Assembly (NCBI GenBank): GCA_965222605.1
Contig: OZ244960.1
Span: 5,024,001 to 5,088,000, forward strand
Length of the DNA stretch: 64,000 bases
Direction: 5' to 3'
From: Candidatus Latescibacterota bacterium
Lineage (GTDB): Bacteria > Latescibacterota > UBA2968
The position numbers and the translations under genes are program-made. The notes beneath the pieces are model-generated. The model worked only from the letters and a program-made list of their open reading frames with translations, had not been told where the DNA came from and made no database searches. Below are positions 1-8,537 of the stretch, one piece after another (position 1 is the first letter of the stretch; each line of letters opens with the position of its first letter).

Positions 1-94
1 TTGGACGGCTTCTTTGAGAAATTCACCTGTAAGTGTGGGTATATCGCACTTTTGTCAAACGGCAATTGCCGATCGTAATTCAAGGTATAGATAC

Positions 95-130
95 GGCCTG
101 CGTTGGCAATGCGCAGGCCATTTTTCTTTT
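95..130 (+). terminator. Rho-independent terminator-like hairpin
   Basis: GGCCTGCG(95-102)/CGCAGGCC(112-119) stem followed by TTTTTCTTTT; lies just past the stop of the minus-strand creatininase gene. Confidence 0.6.
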
Positions 131-1026
131 TATCCGCGGTCTGGCACTTTCCAGTTGGCGTACCAGACAGAGTCTTCAGGAAGCACGGCGTCGTCGGTCC
201 ATGCTGTTTGCATGGTGCGGAAGTTGGGTAGTTCGGGGCGGATAACGGTTTCCCATATATGTTCAACCTGGTCAAAGGTGCGAAATTTTTGCGTGGGTTT
301 TTCCGATTCATACGCGGCGAGCAATTCTCTGGCTTTGTTGCCAAGCCACTTGGTTTCGTCATTGACCATGCGCTCGCCAATTTGGCGGTCGGATTCGCGG
401 GCGTTTTTGCCCATTGCAAAGTGCGGACCAGGTTCGCTTTCGGGCGGCAAACGCGAGATATCGACACAGTCGGGTTCAATGGCCCACAGAAGCGAGGTTT
501 CGACTTTTCCAGCGTGATCACCACCGCTTTTGTTGTCATTGTCAAAGCCGGGCAGGTTGGCTTCGGAGTCGGGTAGGCTATACAGGCGCGTGCCCACATG
601 GGGTTGGATGAGTTCACACAGGGTTTTCAGGTCTTGCCAGTTGGGGCCATAATGCCCGGTGAGGAAGATGGCCGCGCGAAATCCGAGGGTGTCGGCCTGG
701 CGGATGTGATAGCAGATGTTTTTGAAGTGTTGCCAGGGCGGCATGCAGGTTAGCCAGGATCGTTCGGGCTGGCCGACCGAGCGTTCTGACCAGAGGGCAT
801 AGCCCCCAATTTCGTGAATATGCCAGTAGTCGGGCGGGGCGACAATGCCGCCGTGTCTGTGCGCGGTGCGAACGGCAATGCCGTGGGCTTTGAGGGCGTC
901 GAGTCCCACAGCATTTTGTGGGCCGTGTGGTTCGCAAAGGCCATAGGGAAAATAGACGACTGGACAGGCTTTGAATGCGGCTTCGAGTTCATCGGGGAAC
1001 AGGCGCTCCCAACGTACGTCTCTCAC
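130..1026 (-). CDS. Creatininase (creatinine amidohydrolase) family protein
   Basis: PYGLCEPHGPQ..GLD, TGHYGPN and GDHAGKVETS match creatininase-family metal motifs; AGGAG SD upstream. Confidence 0.8.
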   Translation of the reverse strand: MRDVRWERLFPDELEAAFKACPVVYFPYGLCEPHGPQNAVGLDALKAHGIAVRTAHRHGGIVAPPDYWHIHEIGGYALWSERSVGQPERSWLTCMPPWQHFKNICYHIRQADTLGFRAAIFLTGHYGPNWQDLKTLCELIQPHVGTRLYSLPDSEANLPGFDNDNKSGGDHAGKVETSLLWAIEPDCVDISRLPPESEPGPHFAMGKNARESDRQIGERMVNDETKWLGNKARELLAAYESEKPTQKFRTFDQVEHIWETVIRPELPNFRTMQTAWTDDAVLPEDSVWYANWKVPDRG

Positions 1027-1085
1027 GGCGGAGTGCTCCTTTTAAAAGATTGGTTTGTTGTATAAGGTGAAGAGTCTTCGGACTT

Positions 1086-3449
1086 TTACGATTCCAGGTC
1101 ATGGTGCAGTTTTAGTTGGGCGATAAATTCTGGTGTGAGTGTGGTTCCCGAGTTTTTGAGATGGTTTATGACGTCATTGCCAAGTGCTGTGTTGAGATGG
1201 TAGTGCTGTACAGATTCGTTGATTTTGATAAAGCCCATGCGGTTCATCAGGTCCGGGTGTATTTTGCCGTTGACGATGGGCGCGTGAAGGGTGCAGTTGG
1301 TGAAGCGCGTGCCCAACGTGCTTTGCAAAATATAAAATTGCCCTGGTATCTTTTCTACGTCGGGTTGGAGACGGCACTCGGTAAATATGAGTTCGCCCCG
1401 CAAATTGGGTGCGGTTATGGTGTTCAAACTACACCGTTCAAAAGTCGCACTGGCAATGCAGTGGCCCAGGTATGCGCTAATATTTTCACAGTTGGTAAAT
1501 CGCATTTTGGGGTAGAGGGCGAGTGCATCGGCATAGTCTATCGCCGATTCTCCACCGATCAGGATATGTACCTGTTCGTCATCATCGGCAATTTCCTGGA
1601 TGAATTTTTCGAGTTGAACATTGTCGCAGATGATGGTGCTGTTGGCGTGGAGTTGCGAGCCATCGTAGCCGCCATTGCCGCGAAGGTCGTAGTGGTGTGG
1701 GTTGGGTATGCGGATGAGGCGAACGCCTTGCTTTCGGCCTTCGACGGTGATGTTGCGAAATTCAATGCGATGGGGAAAGAAGAGGCGGGTATTATTTTTC
1801 GTTTTGGAAAAGGGAACAGTATCCATCAGCCAGCACGGCGCATTTGATGCAGGTGCAGCGCTGTAATCGATGAGCAGATCTTCGATAGTGACGGTGCGTG
1901 CAAATCCGATGGGATACTGGTAGTCGAAATCGGCCGGACGACAGGATAGGACAGAAACGCGGCCATTGCTACTGGGCATTAACCGACAGCCGCGGATGCG
2001 TATGTGCCCGTCCCATTTGGCCCCATAGTCGCGCCTAAAATTGACAAATTGGTTGCCGTGGCGCGTGGTATTTTCGATCACCAATTCGCCGCCGCCCGTA
2101 AGTGCGATACCTTTGAAGCCAATGGTGCAGTTGCTGATGTAGAGGTTCCAGCAGTGAAAATGCACATCGATGCGGTTGAGACGGCAGTTTTCAATGCGGA
2201 AGTTTTTGTTGAGGTTGGTGCCAAAAACACCCCATGCAACCCAGCCGCCTTCTGCTGTGATGTTGCGAAAGGTGCAATTGAGCATACGCGCACCGCCAAT
2301 GCCATAGGTGCCCGCGCTGAGGATTTTGTCTTCTTCTTCGCGATTTTTCTCCCAGGGCATTGCGCGGATATTTTCCAGTGTGACGTCGTAAACACCGCTG
2401 AATATGTAAAAGCCGCGACGGGGGTGCATGGAGATATCTCGTTTCCCCTTTTCCAGGCCCATCCATTGTTCTCGGATGATGGTGCGGCTGCGTTTTATGG
2501 AGATGCCGTGGTGGTGATACCCCCAGGATTCACCGCTTCCACTGTCGCCAGAAAAGTAAAATCCGCCGCCTTCGACGATGAGGTAATTGTCGTTGCAGGG
2601 TATGGCGGTGATGTCGGTGAAGTTTTTGAATTCCCAGGCTATATCGCCAATGATGCGGCCCTCTTCTTCAACATAGAACAATTCTTCGCGCGCCCATCCC
2701 GCCTTTGAATAATTGCCTTCCCGAATGCCTATGCGATCATTATCATCTTCGACGATGATGAGATGGCCGGCATATTGTGCCAGTTCGGGAATGAGTTGCA
2801 CGCCGGGTTTTAGCTTTTCCAATAAAGCCGCTTTGATGGTTTCGTCTCGCGTGAGTTTTTTGGAGGGCTGATCGTTGAGAATTTCAAAGCGCGGCTCTCT
2901 TCGGCTGTTGTACTGTTCATCGATGTGAAAAGTTGTTTGCCCCCAGGAGACATTGGTCTTGATGGGTATGTCATTGGTTTGCAAGATCCAATATTCGCCG
3001 CTTAAATTCACAATTGGAACTTTGCGTGCATTGGCATATTTATGTGCCAGGGTTATTTGAACGCCATCGTCGTTTTCACCATTGCCAATCGCGCCAAACA
3101 TTTTGTAGTTCACTGCTTTGTTTTCGTGCAAGATAGCGATTAATCCATTGTCCAATGCGATGATGTCGGCATCGTTTGGCTGGATATTTGCATCCGTTTT
3201 CTCAATGTGATACAGGGCTGCGCCGCCGTCGCCGGGAATGTAAAAACCCGCGGTTTCTGCCCATTCACCTTCGCGGGTTTCGGGCGAGGATTTCATAGCT
3301 TGAACGGTGGCGTAGCGAGTTATGGTTGTACTGCTTGTTGTGTTCACGGCGATCTCCTGAGACAATGCGTGCTGTGTAAGTACAATGCCACTGATACCAA
3401 TGCCAGCGATTGCTGTGCGTCTGGATAATTTATGTGGTTGTTTGGACAT
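1086..3449 (-). CDS. Tat-signal parallel beta-helix (pectate lyase-like/tailspike-like) protein
   Basis: SRRTAI twin-arginine plus hydrophobic stretch; TAGFYIPGDGGAALY and VNYKMFGAIGNGENDD beta-helix cap motifs; repeated I/F-x-N-C/I strands; ATG at 3449 preferred over TTG at 3461. Confidence 0.6.
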   Translation of the reverse strand: MSKQPHKLSRRTAIAGIGISGIVLTQHALSQEIAVNTTSSTTITRYATVQAMKSSPETREGEWAETAGFYIPGDGGAALYHIEKTDANIQPNDADIIALDNGLIAILHENKAVNYKMFGAIGNGENDDGVQITLAHKYANARKVPIVNLSGEYWILQTNDIPIKTNVSWGQTTFHIDEQYNSRREPRFEILNDQPSKKLTRDETIKAALLEKLKPGVQLIPELAQYAGHLIIVEDDNDRIGIREGNYSKAGWAREELFYVEEEGRIIGDIAWEFKNFTDITAIPCNDNYLIVEGGGFYFSGDSGSGESWGYHHHGISIKRSRTIIREQWMGLEKGKRDISMHPRRGFYIFSGVYDVTLENIRAMPWEKNREEEDKILSAGTYGIGGARMLNCTFRNITAEGGWVAWGVFGTNLNKNFRIENCRLNRIDVHFHCWNLYISNCTIGFKGIALTGGGELVIENTTRHGNQFVNFRRDYGAKWDGHIRIRGCRLMPSSNGRVSVLSCRPADFDYQYPIGFARTVTIEDLLIDYSAAPASNAPCWLMDTVPFSKTKNNTRLFFPHRIEFRNITVEGRKQGVRLIRIPNPHHYDLRGNGGYDGSQLHANSTIICDNVQLEKFIQEIADDDEQVHILIGGESAIDYADALALYPKMRFTNCENISAYLGHCIASATFERCSLNTITAPNLRGELIFTECRLQPDVEKIPGQFYILQSTLGTRFTNCTLHAPIVNGKIHPDLMNRMGFIKINESVQHYHLNTALGNDVINHLKNSGTTLTPEFIAQLKLHHDLES

Positions 3450-3473
3450 GGTTTTTTCCAAAGTGTTATTTTT

Positions 3474-4520
3474 TTATTGTACTTTTCCCCGTCCGGCAAC
3501 TTTCCATACATGTTCTACATTGCCATTTCGCACGGCATAGACTTCGTCGTGGAGGTTGGTGGTCATGCCCTGGTGCAGAGGGATGACGGAGAGGCGTTCG
3601 CCTACGGTGAAGGTGTGGTTGCACTCTGAGACATCGACGTGACCGTGTTCGACAGACATGCCATAAATTTTGGCATTGGGGTGTTCAACGATGTATCCAT
3701 AAGGTGTGGGGGCATAACTGGTGAATGTTTTTTGCCCGCCATCGATGATGACGCGGTCGGGTGTGGGTGTGCTGACGATGGTGACAATCATGCGCTCGGC
3801 ACAGGTGATGGGGTTGGGCGGGTTGTGTTCGCGGTTGATACGACGCAGACCTTCAAAGACGTAGGAACCAATGCGGGTTTCGGTGCAGCCAATGGCTTTG
3901 GAAACTTCGGCAGTGCCCGTGCCACCCCCGCTGATGGTGTTGAGCGCGATGCCCGCGCTTTGGAGCAGGTGGCGCGTTTGGTTGATGAAGGCTTTGGCGC
4001 GTTCGTGACTGGGATAGGTCATGATGCCCTGGAACTGAAGGCCGGGCATGTTTGTGATTTTTCGCGCCAGTTCAAGCGCGGCTTCGGGCGATTGTACGCC
4101 GCAGCGATTGCCACCGGTGTCGCATTCGATGAGGATGTTGATGGTGGCGTTGTTTTCTGTTGCCCCATCGGATAGGCCACGCGCGGTGATTTCCGAATCG
4201 ACGGCGACGGTCATGGTGGCGCGTTTACACAGTTCGGCGAGGCGTTTGACTTTGATGGGACCGACAATATTATAGGGGATGAGAATGTCGGGAATGCCCG
4301 CTTTAACCATGACTTCGGCTTCGCCCACTTTTTGGCAGACAATGCCAATGGCTCCCGCAGCGAGTTGCATTTTGGCGATTTCGGGAATTTTGTGCGTTTT
4401 GGTGTGTACGCGCAGCGGAATGTCGAAGTTGTCGCAGGCCTCTTGCGTTTCTCGAATATTTTTTTCGAGAATATCGAGGTCGATGGTGAGTGCGGGTGTG
4501 TCGAGGTCGTGTATGGTCAT
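3474..4520 (-). CDS. PLP-dependent D-threonine aldolase / D-serine dehydratase (DSD1-like, alanine racemase fold)
   Basis: LDTPAL, RVHTKTHK (PLP lysine), GGNRCG, ISGGGTGT, IDGGQK, SVEHG. Confidence 0.85.
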   Translation of the reverse strand: MTIHDLDTPALTIDLDILEKNIRETQEACDNFDIPLRVHTKTHKIPEIAKMQLAAGAIGIVCQKVGEAEVMVKAGIPDILIPYNIVGPIKVKRLAELCKRATMTVAVDSEITARGLSDGATENNATINILIECDTGGNRCGVQSPEAALELARKITNMPGLQFQGIMTYPSHERAKAFINQTRHLLQSAGIALNTISGGGTGTAEVSKAIGCTETRIGSYVFEGLRRINREHNPPNPITCAERMIVTIVSTPTPDRVIIDGGQKTFTSYAPTPYGYIVEHPNAKIYGMSVEHGHVDVSECNHTFTVGERLSVIPLHQGMTTNLHDEVYAVRNGNVEHVWKVAGRGKVQ

Positions 4521-4570
4521 GGCAATATCTGTTATTAAAAGGTGAAAGACGGTGTTGTGCAGGAATAGGC

Positions 4571-4599
4571 AATGTACGTTGGTCTGAACAGGGCGTCAA
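4571..4599 (-). promoter_or_regulatory. Putative sigma70 promoter for the DSD1-like gene
   Basis: Minus strand TTGACG-N17-TACATT. Confidence 0.5.
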
Positions 4600-4742
4600 G
4601 CAGTTGTGGCGTGTTGAATCTCGCCGATAGTGAAAGGCGGTCTGCGTTGACAATGTGCAGGTCGTTGTGTTATTTATGTGGTTAGATTTACTGGCGTTGT
4701 GGTGCTGGGTGGGTTAATCGCTAACTTAACTTAGGAGGCAAA

Positions 4743-5822
4743 ATGGCAGATAAATTGAAGGTGGGTATTGTCGGGGTAGGAGGTATTGCGCGGACGCATA
4801 TTCTGGGGTGGCGAGCTTCTGAACATGCCGAATTGGTGGCTGGAAGCGATATTAGCGAAGATGTGTTGAATACGTGGGGTGAACAATACGGTATCAAAAA
4901 ACTGTATGTAAATCCTGAAGATTTGTTTGCCGATCCAGAGATCGATATTGTGGATGTGTGTACACCAAATAATTATCACGCGCCTCTATCTATTGGCGCT
5001 CTGGATGCGGGTAAACACGTGATTTGTGAAAAACCACTGGCACCCAGCCCCAAATTGGTGAAAGATATGATTGCGGCACGCGATTCGTCGGGCAAGTTGT
5101 TGATGTGCGCGCAATCGTCGCGGTTTGCAGGTGCCTCTCTGGCGATGAAGAAGGAATTGGATACCGGGGTTTTGGGAAATGTGTATCATGCGCGATGCTG
5201 GATGTTGCGGCGGTCGGGGGTGCCCGCGCGACCGGGTTTTATTATGAAAAGGCACAGTGGTGGCGGGCCGTGTATTGATATTGGTGTTCACGTTTTGGAT
5301 TTGACTCTGTGGTTGATGGGCAATCCCAATCCCGTGGCTGTAACAGGTGTGGCGAAGGCGGAGTTGGCACAGCAGGAGGGTGCGTTCAGTACGATGGGAC
5401 GCAGTGGTGGTACGATTCCCAAAGAATTTGATGTAGAGGATTTTGCGGCGGCTTTTGTGCGGTTTGAAAATGGGGCTTCGCTTATTCTGGAGACGAGCTG
5501 GCTATTGCATCAAGGTCCCTCGGCAGAACGGCAGATATGGCTTTATGGCACGAAGGGTGGGGCACACTTGCCCAATTGTGAGATTTATTATTCGGATTAC
5601 AAGACGCAGCAACACCACAACTACGCATTGCAAAATACGGGCAATAGGACCGAAGCGCACGCGCTGGAATGCATGATGTTTGCCGAGGCGATTGCAGAGG
5701 GCAAACCGTCGCCCGTACCGGCAGAGCAGTCGCTACAGGTGATGGCGATTTTGGATGGGATTTATCGCAGCGAGGATGAAGGATGTGAAGTGGATATAGC
5801 GGGAGATGCAACCGTTGGTTAA
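4743..5822 (+). CDS. Gfo/Idh/MocA family oxidoreductase
   Basis: GIVGVGGIA Rossmann motif, CTPN, CEKP, GGGPCIDIGVH; AGGAGG SD. Confidence 0.9.
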   Translation: MADKLKVGIVGVGGIARTHILGWRASEHAELVAGSDISEDVLNTWGEQYGIKKLYVNPEDLFADPEIDIVDVCTPNNYHAPLSIGALDAGKHVICEKPLAPSPKLVKDMIAARDSSGKLLMCAQSSRFAGASLAMKKELDTGVLGNVYHARCWMLRRSGVPARPGFIMKRHSGGGPCIDIGVHVLDLTLWLMGNPNPVAVTGVAKAELAQQEGAFSTMGRSGGTIPKEFDVEDFAAAFVRFENGASLILETSWLLHQGPSAERQIWLYGTKGGAHLPNCEIYYSDYKTQQHHNYALQNTGNRTEAHALECMMFAEAIAEGKPSPVPAEQSLQVMAILDGIYRSEDEGCEVDIAGDATVG

Positions 5823-7135
5823 AAAACTTTGTCGTCTTTGTCTTTCTTTTTAAGGGTATTTTTCCATCGGCGTTCGGGAGATTGAGGAGCGCGATCGATA
5901 AGTTTGTTGGGTTTGCCCATCTGTTTTACCAGATCAAAAGCATCGTAGAGTTCACCCACAGCGGTCATTGCGCGGTAGTGCAGGGTATCGCCCGAGACGG
6001 AGATGATTTGATAAAGCTGCGTGTTTTCCGCACCGCGCGTCATCCAGCGGTCTTTTCTGAGTTTGTATTGTTTGGGACCGCTGACCGATACGACGTAAAC
6101 TGTGCCTTTGGTTGTATCGCGCACGGTTACGCCGCTGCCGATGTTGTGTCCTCTGGCATACGTATGGTTGTGTCCTTGAAGTACCAGATCGACGGCGTAT
6201 TTGTCAAAGAGAGGTTTCCAGGCTTCGCGCTGGTCTTTATTGGCGCGGCCTCCCGCCGAAAAGATGGGGTGATGGAATGTGACAAAGGTCCATCTATTGG
6301 GGTTATTTTTGAGCACTTGTTCCAACCAGGGAGCCTGTTCTTTGTGGCGTTCATTGGAATTGAGCGAGATGATGCGCGCGCCCTGATAATCTGTGTAATA
6401 GGTCGTTTCTGCAAATCCCTTGGGACCATTTTCGGGCAGGGTGAATTGCGGACGCCATAGAACAGATAGACGGCGTTTGCTCGCATCTTGATAGTTAGAG
6501 TATTCGTGATTCCCCGGCGTGGGAATGCTGGGGATTTTTGCATGGATCCAGTCGCCAGATTCAAACCATTCATGCCAGTCGCTGTCGCTGTTGGGAAGAT
6601 TGACGAGGTCTCCTGCGTGGATGATAAAATCGGCATGGGGCGCGTCGAGCACAGCGGTTCGAATGGTGCGTGCCCAAAGGGCGAGCAAATTGTTTTGTGC
6701 ATCGCCAAGGTAAATGAAGGTGAATTCATCCGGTTCGACTGAGGCTGTACGAAATTGATACCAGGAACTCCAGATGTCGCCACTGCCCACGCGATAGGCA
6801 TAGAGGGTGTTGGGTTTGAGGCCCTTGAAGGTGACCGAGTGGAAATGGGCGACACGTCTATTGCGTTTCCATTTTTCAGTGCGCGCTGTTTCGCTCTTGG
6901 CCCATGTGGTAAAATTGGCCGAGGCATTGGCTTCTGCGATCTGGCCTTCGGCTTGTGTGATGCTCGTATCGGTGCGCCATGTGACCGATGCCGTGGTGGT
7001 GGGGTCTCCCGACCAGTTGAGTATAATGCGGTCGGGGATTTTTGAAGGGGCGGGATCTACGGCAGCACGGTGATACTCGTTTGCATAAGCCGGGACTGTG
7101 AATAGGAACAGAAGGATGAGACAAATCGGGCGCAT
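5819..7135 (-). CDS. Secreted purple acid phosphatase-like metallophosphoesterase, copy 1 of 3
   Basis: Signal peptide, FN3-like N-domain (GLKPNTLYAYRVG), motifs GDAQ, GDLVN, GNHE, FHH, GHNH. Confidence 0.85.
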   Translation of the reverse strand: MRPICLILLFLFTVPAYANEYHRAAVDPAPSKIPDRIILNWSGDPTTTASVTWRTDTSITQAEGQIAEANASANFTTWAKSETARTEKWKRNRRVAHFHSVTFKGLKPNTLYAYRVGSGDIWSSWYQFRTASVEPDEFTFIYLGDAQNNLLALWARTIRTAVLDAPHADFIIHAGDLVNLPNSDSDWHEWFESGDWIHAKIPSIPTPGNHEYSNYQDASKRRLSVLWRPQFTLPENGPKGFAETTYYTDYQGARIISLNSNERHKEQAPWLEQVLKNNPNRWTFVTFHHPIFSAGGRANKDQREAWKPLFDKYAVDLVLQGHNHTYARGHNIGSGVTVRDTTKGTVYVVSVSGPKQYKLRKDRWMTRGAENTQLYQIISVSGDTLHYRAMTAVGELYDAFDLVKQMGKPNKLIDRAPQSPERRWKNTLKKKDKDDKVF

Positions 7136-7176
7136 GGAGTTCTCTGGGTGAGAATTTTTGAAAGACCACTAATTGA

Positions 7177-8496
7177 TTAAAAAACTTTGTCGTCTTTGTT
7201 TTTCTTTTTAAGGGTATTTTTCCATCGGCGTTCGGGAGATTGAGGAGCGCGATCGATAAGTTTGTTGGGTTTGCCTATCTGTTTGACCAGATCAAAAGCA
7301 TCGTAGAGTTCACCCACAGCGGTCATTGCGCGGTACTGCAGGGTGTCGCCCGAGACACTGATGACCTGATAAAGTTGTGTGTTTTCTGCACCGCGCGTCA
7401 TCCAGCGGTCTTTTCTAAGTCTGGATTGTTTGGGACCGCTGACCGATACGACATAAACTGTGCCTTTGGTTGTGTCGCGCACGGTTACGCCGCTGCCGAT
7501 ATTGTGTCCTCTGGCATACGTATGGTTGTGACCCTGGAGCACCAGATCAACGGCGTATTTGTCAAAGATGGGTTTCCACGCTTCGCGCTGGTCTTTATTG
7601 GCGCGGCCAGAGGATGCGGAATAAACGGGATGATGGAATGTGACAAAGGTCCATTTATTGGGATTGTTTTCGAGCACTTGTTTCAACCAGGGGACCTGTT
7701 CTTTGTGGCGTTCATTGGAATTGAGCGAGATGATGCGCGCGCCCTGATAATCTGTGTAATAGGTGGTTTCCGCAAAGCCTTTGGGACCATTTTCGGGCAG
7801 GGTAAATTGCGGACGCCATAGAACAGAAAGGCGGCGTTTGTCCGCATCTTGATAGTTAGAGTATTCGTTATTCCCCGGTGTAGGAACGCTGGGGATTTTT
7901 GCATGGATCCAGTCGCCAGATTCAAACCATTCATGCCAATCGCTGTCCTTGTTGGGATAATCGACGAGGTCGCCTGCGTGGATGATAAAATCGGCATGGG
8001 GCGCGTCGAGCACAGCGGTTCGGACGGTGCGTGCCCAAAGGGCGAGCAAATTGTTTTGTGCATCGCCAAGGTAGATGAAGGTGAATTCATCTGGTTCGGC
8101 AGAGGCTGTGCGAAATTGATACCAGGAACTCCAGATTTTGCCGCTGCCCACGCGATAGGCATAAAGGGTATTGGGTTTGAGACCCTTGAATGTGACCGAG
8201 TGGAAATGGGCGACTTTTCTATAGTGTTTCCATTTTTCTGTGCGCGCGTTTTCGCGCCTGGCCCATGTGGTAAAATTAGCAGAGGCATTGGCTTCTGCGA
8301 TCTGACCTTCGGCTTGTGTGATGCTCGTATCGGTGCGCCATGTGATTGATGCTGTGGTGGTGGGGTCTTCCGACCAGTTGAGTATAATGCGGTCGGGAAT
8401 TTGTGATGGAGTGGGATCTACGGCAGCACGATGATACTCGTTTGCATAAGCCGGGACTGTGGATAGGAGCAGAAGGATGAGACAAATCAGACGCAT
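7177..8496 (-). CDS. Secreted purple acid phosphatase-like metallophosphoesterase, copy 2 of 3 (altered active site)
   Basis: Same architecture; motifs GDLVD, GNNE, FHH, GHNH. Confidence 0.85.
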   Translation of the reverse strand: MRLICLILLLLSTVPAYANEYHRAAVDPTPSQIPDRIILNWSEDPTTTASITWRTDTSITQAEGQIAEANASANFTTWARRENARTEKWKHYRKVAHFHSVTFKGLKPNTLYAYRVGSGKIWSSWYQFRTASAEPDEFTFIYLGDAQNNLLALWARTVRTAVLDAPHADFIIHAGDLVDYPNKDSDWHEWFESGDWIHAKIPSVPTPGNNEYSNYQDADKRRLSVLWRPQFTLPENGPKGFAETTYYTDYQGARIISLNSNERHKEQVPWLKQVLENNPNKWTFVTFHHPVYSASSGRANKDQREAWKPIFDKYAVDLVLQGHNHTYARGHNIGSGVTVRDTTKGTVYVVSVSGPKQSRLRKDRWMTRGAENTQLYQVISVSGDTLQYRAMTAVGELYDAFDLVKQIGKPNKLIDRAPQSPERRWKNTLKKKNKDDKVF

Positions 8497-8537
8497 GATG
8501 TTCTCTGGGTGAGAATTTTTGAAAGACCACTAATTGA

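Noticed and set aside
1-90. 3' end of an upstream plus-strand gene
   Set aside because: Frame 1 is open to a TAA at 76-78, but the fragment is too short to identify
1086-3449. Prophage remnant
   Set aside because: No integrase, capsid, terminase or other phage genes nearby, and the protein carries a host Tat signal
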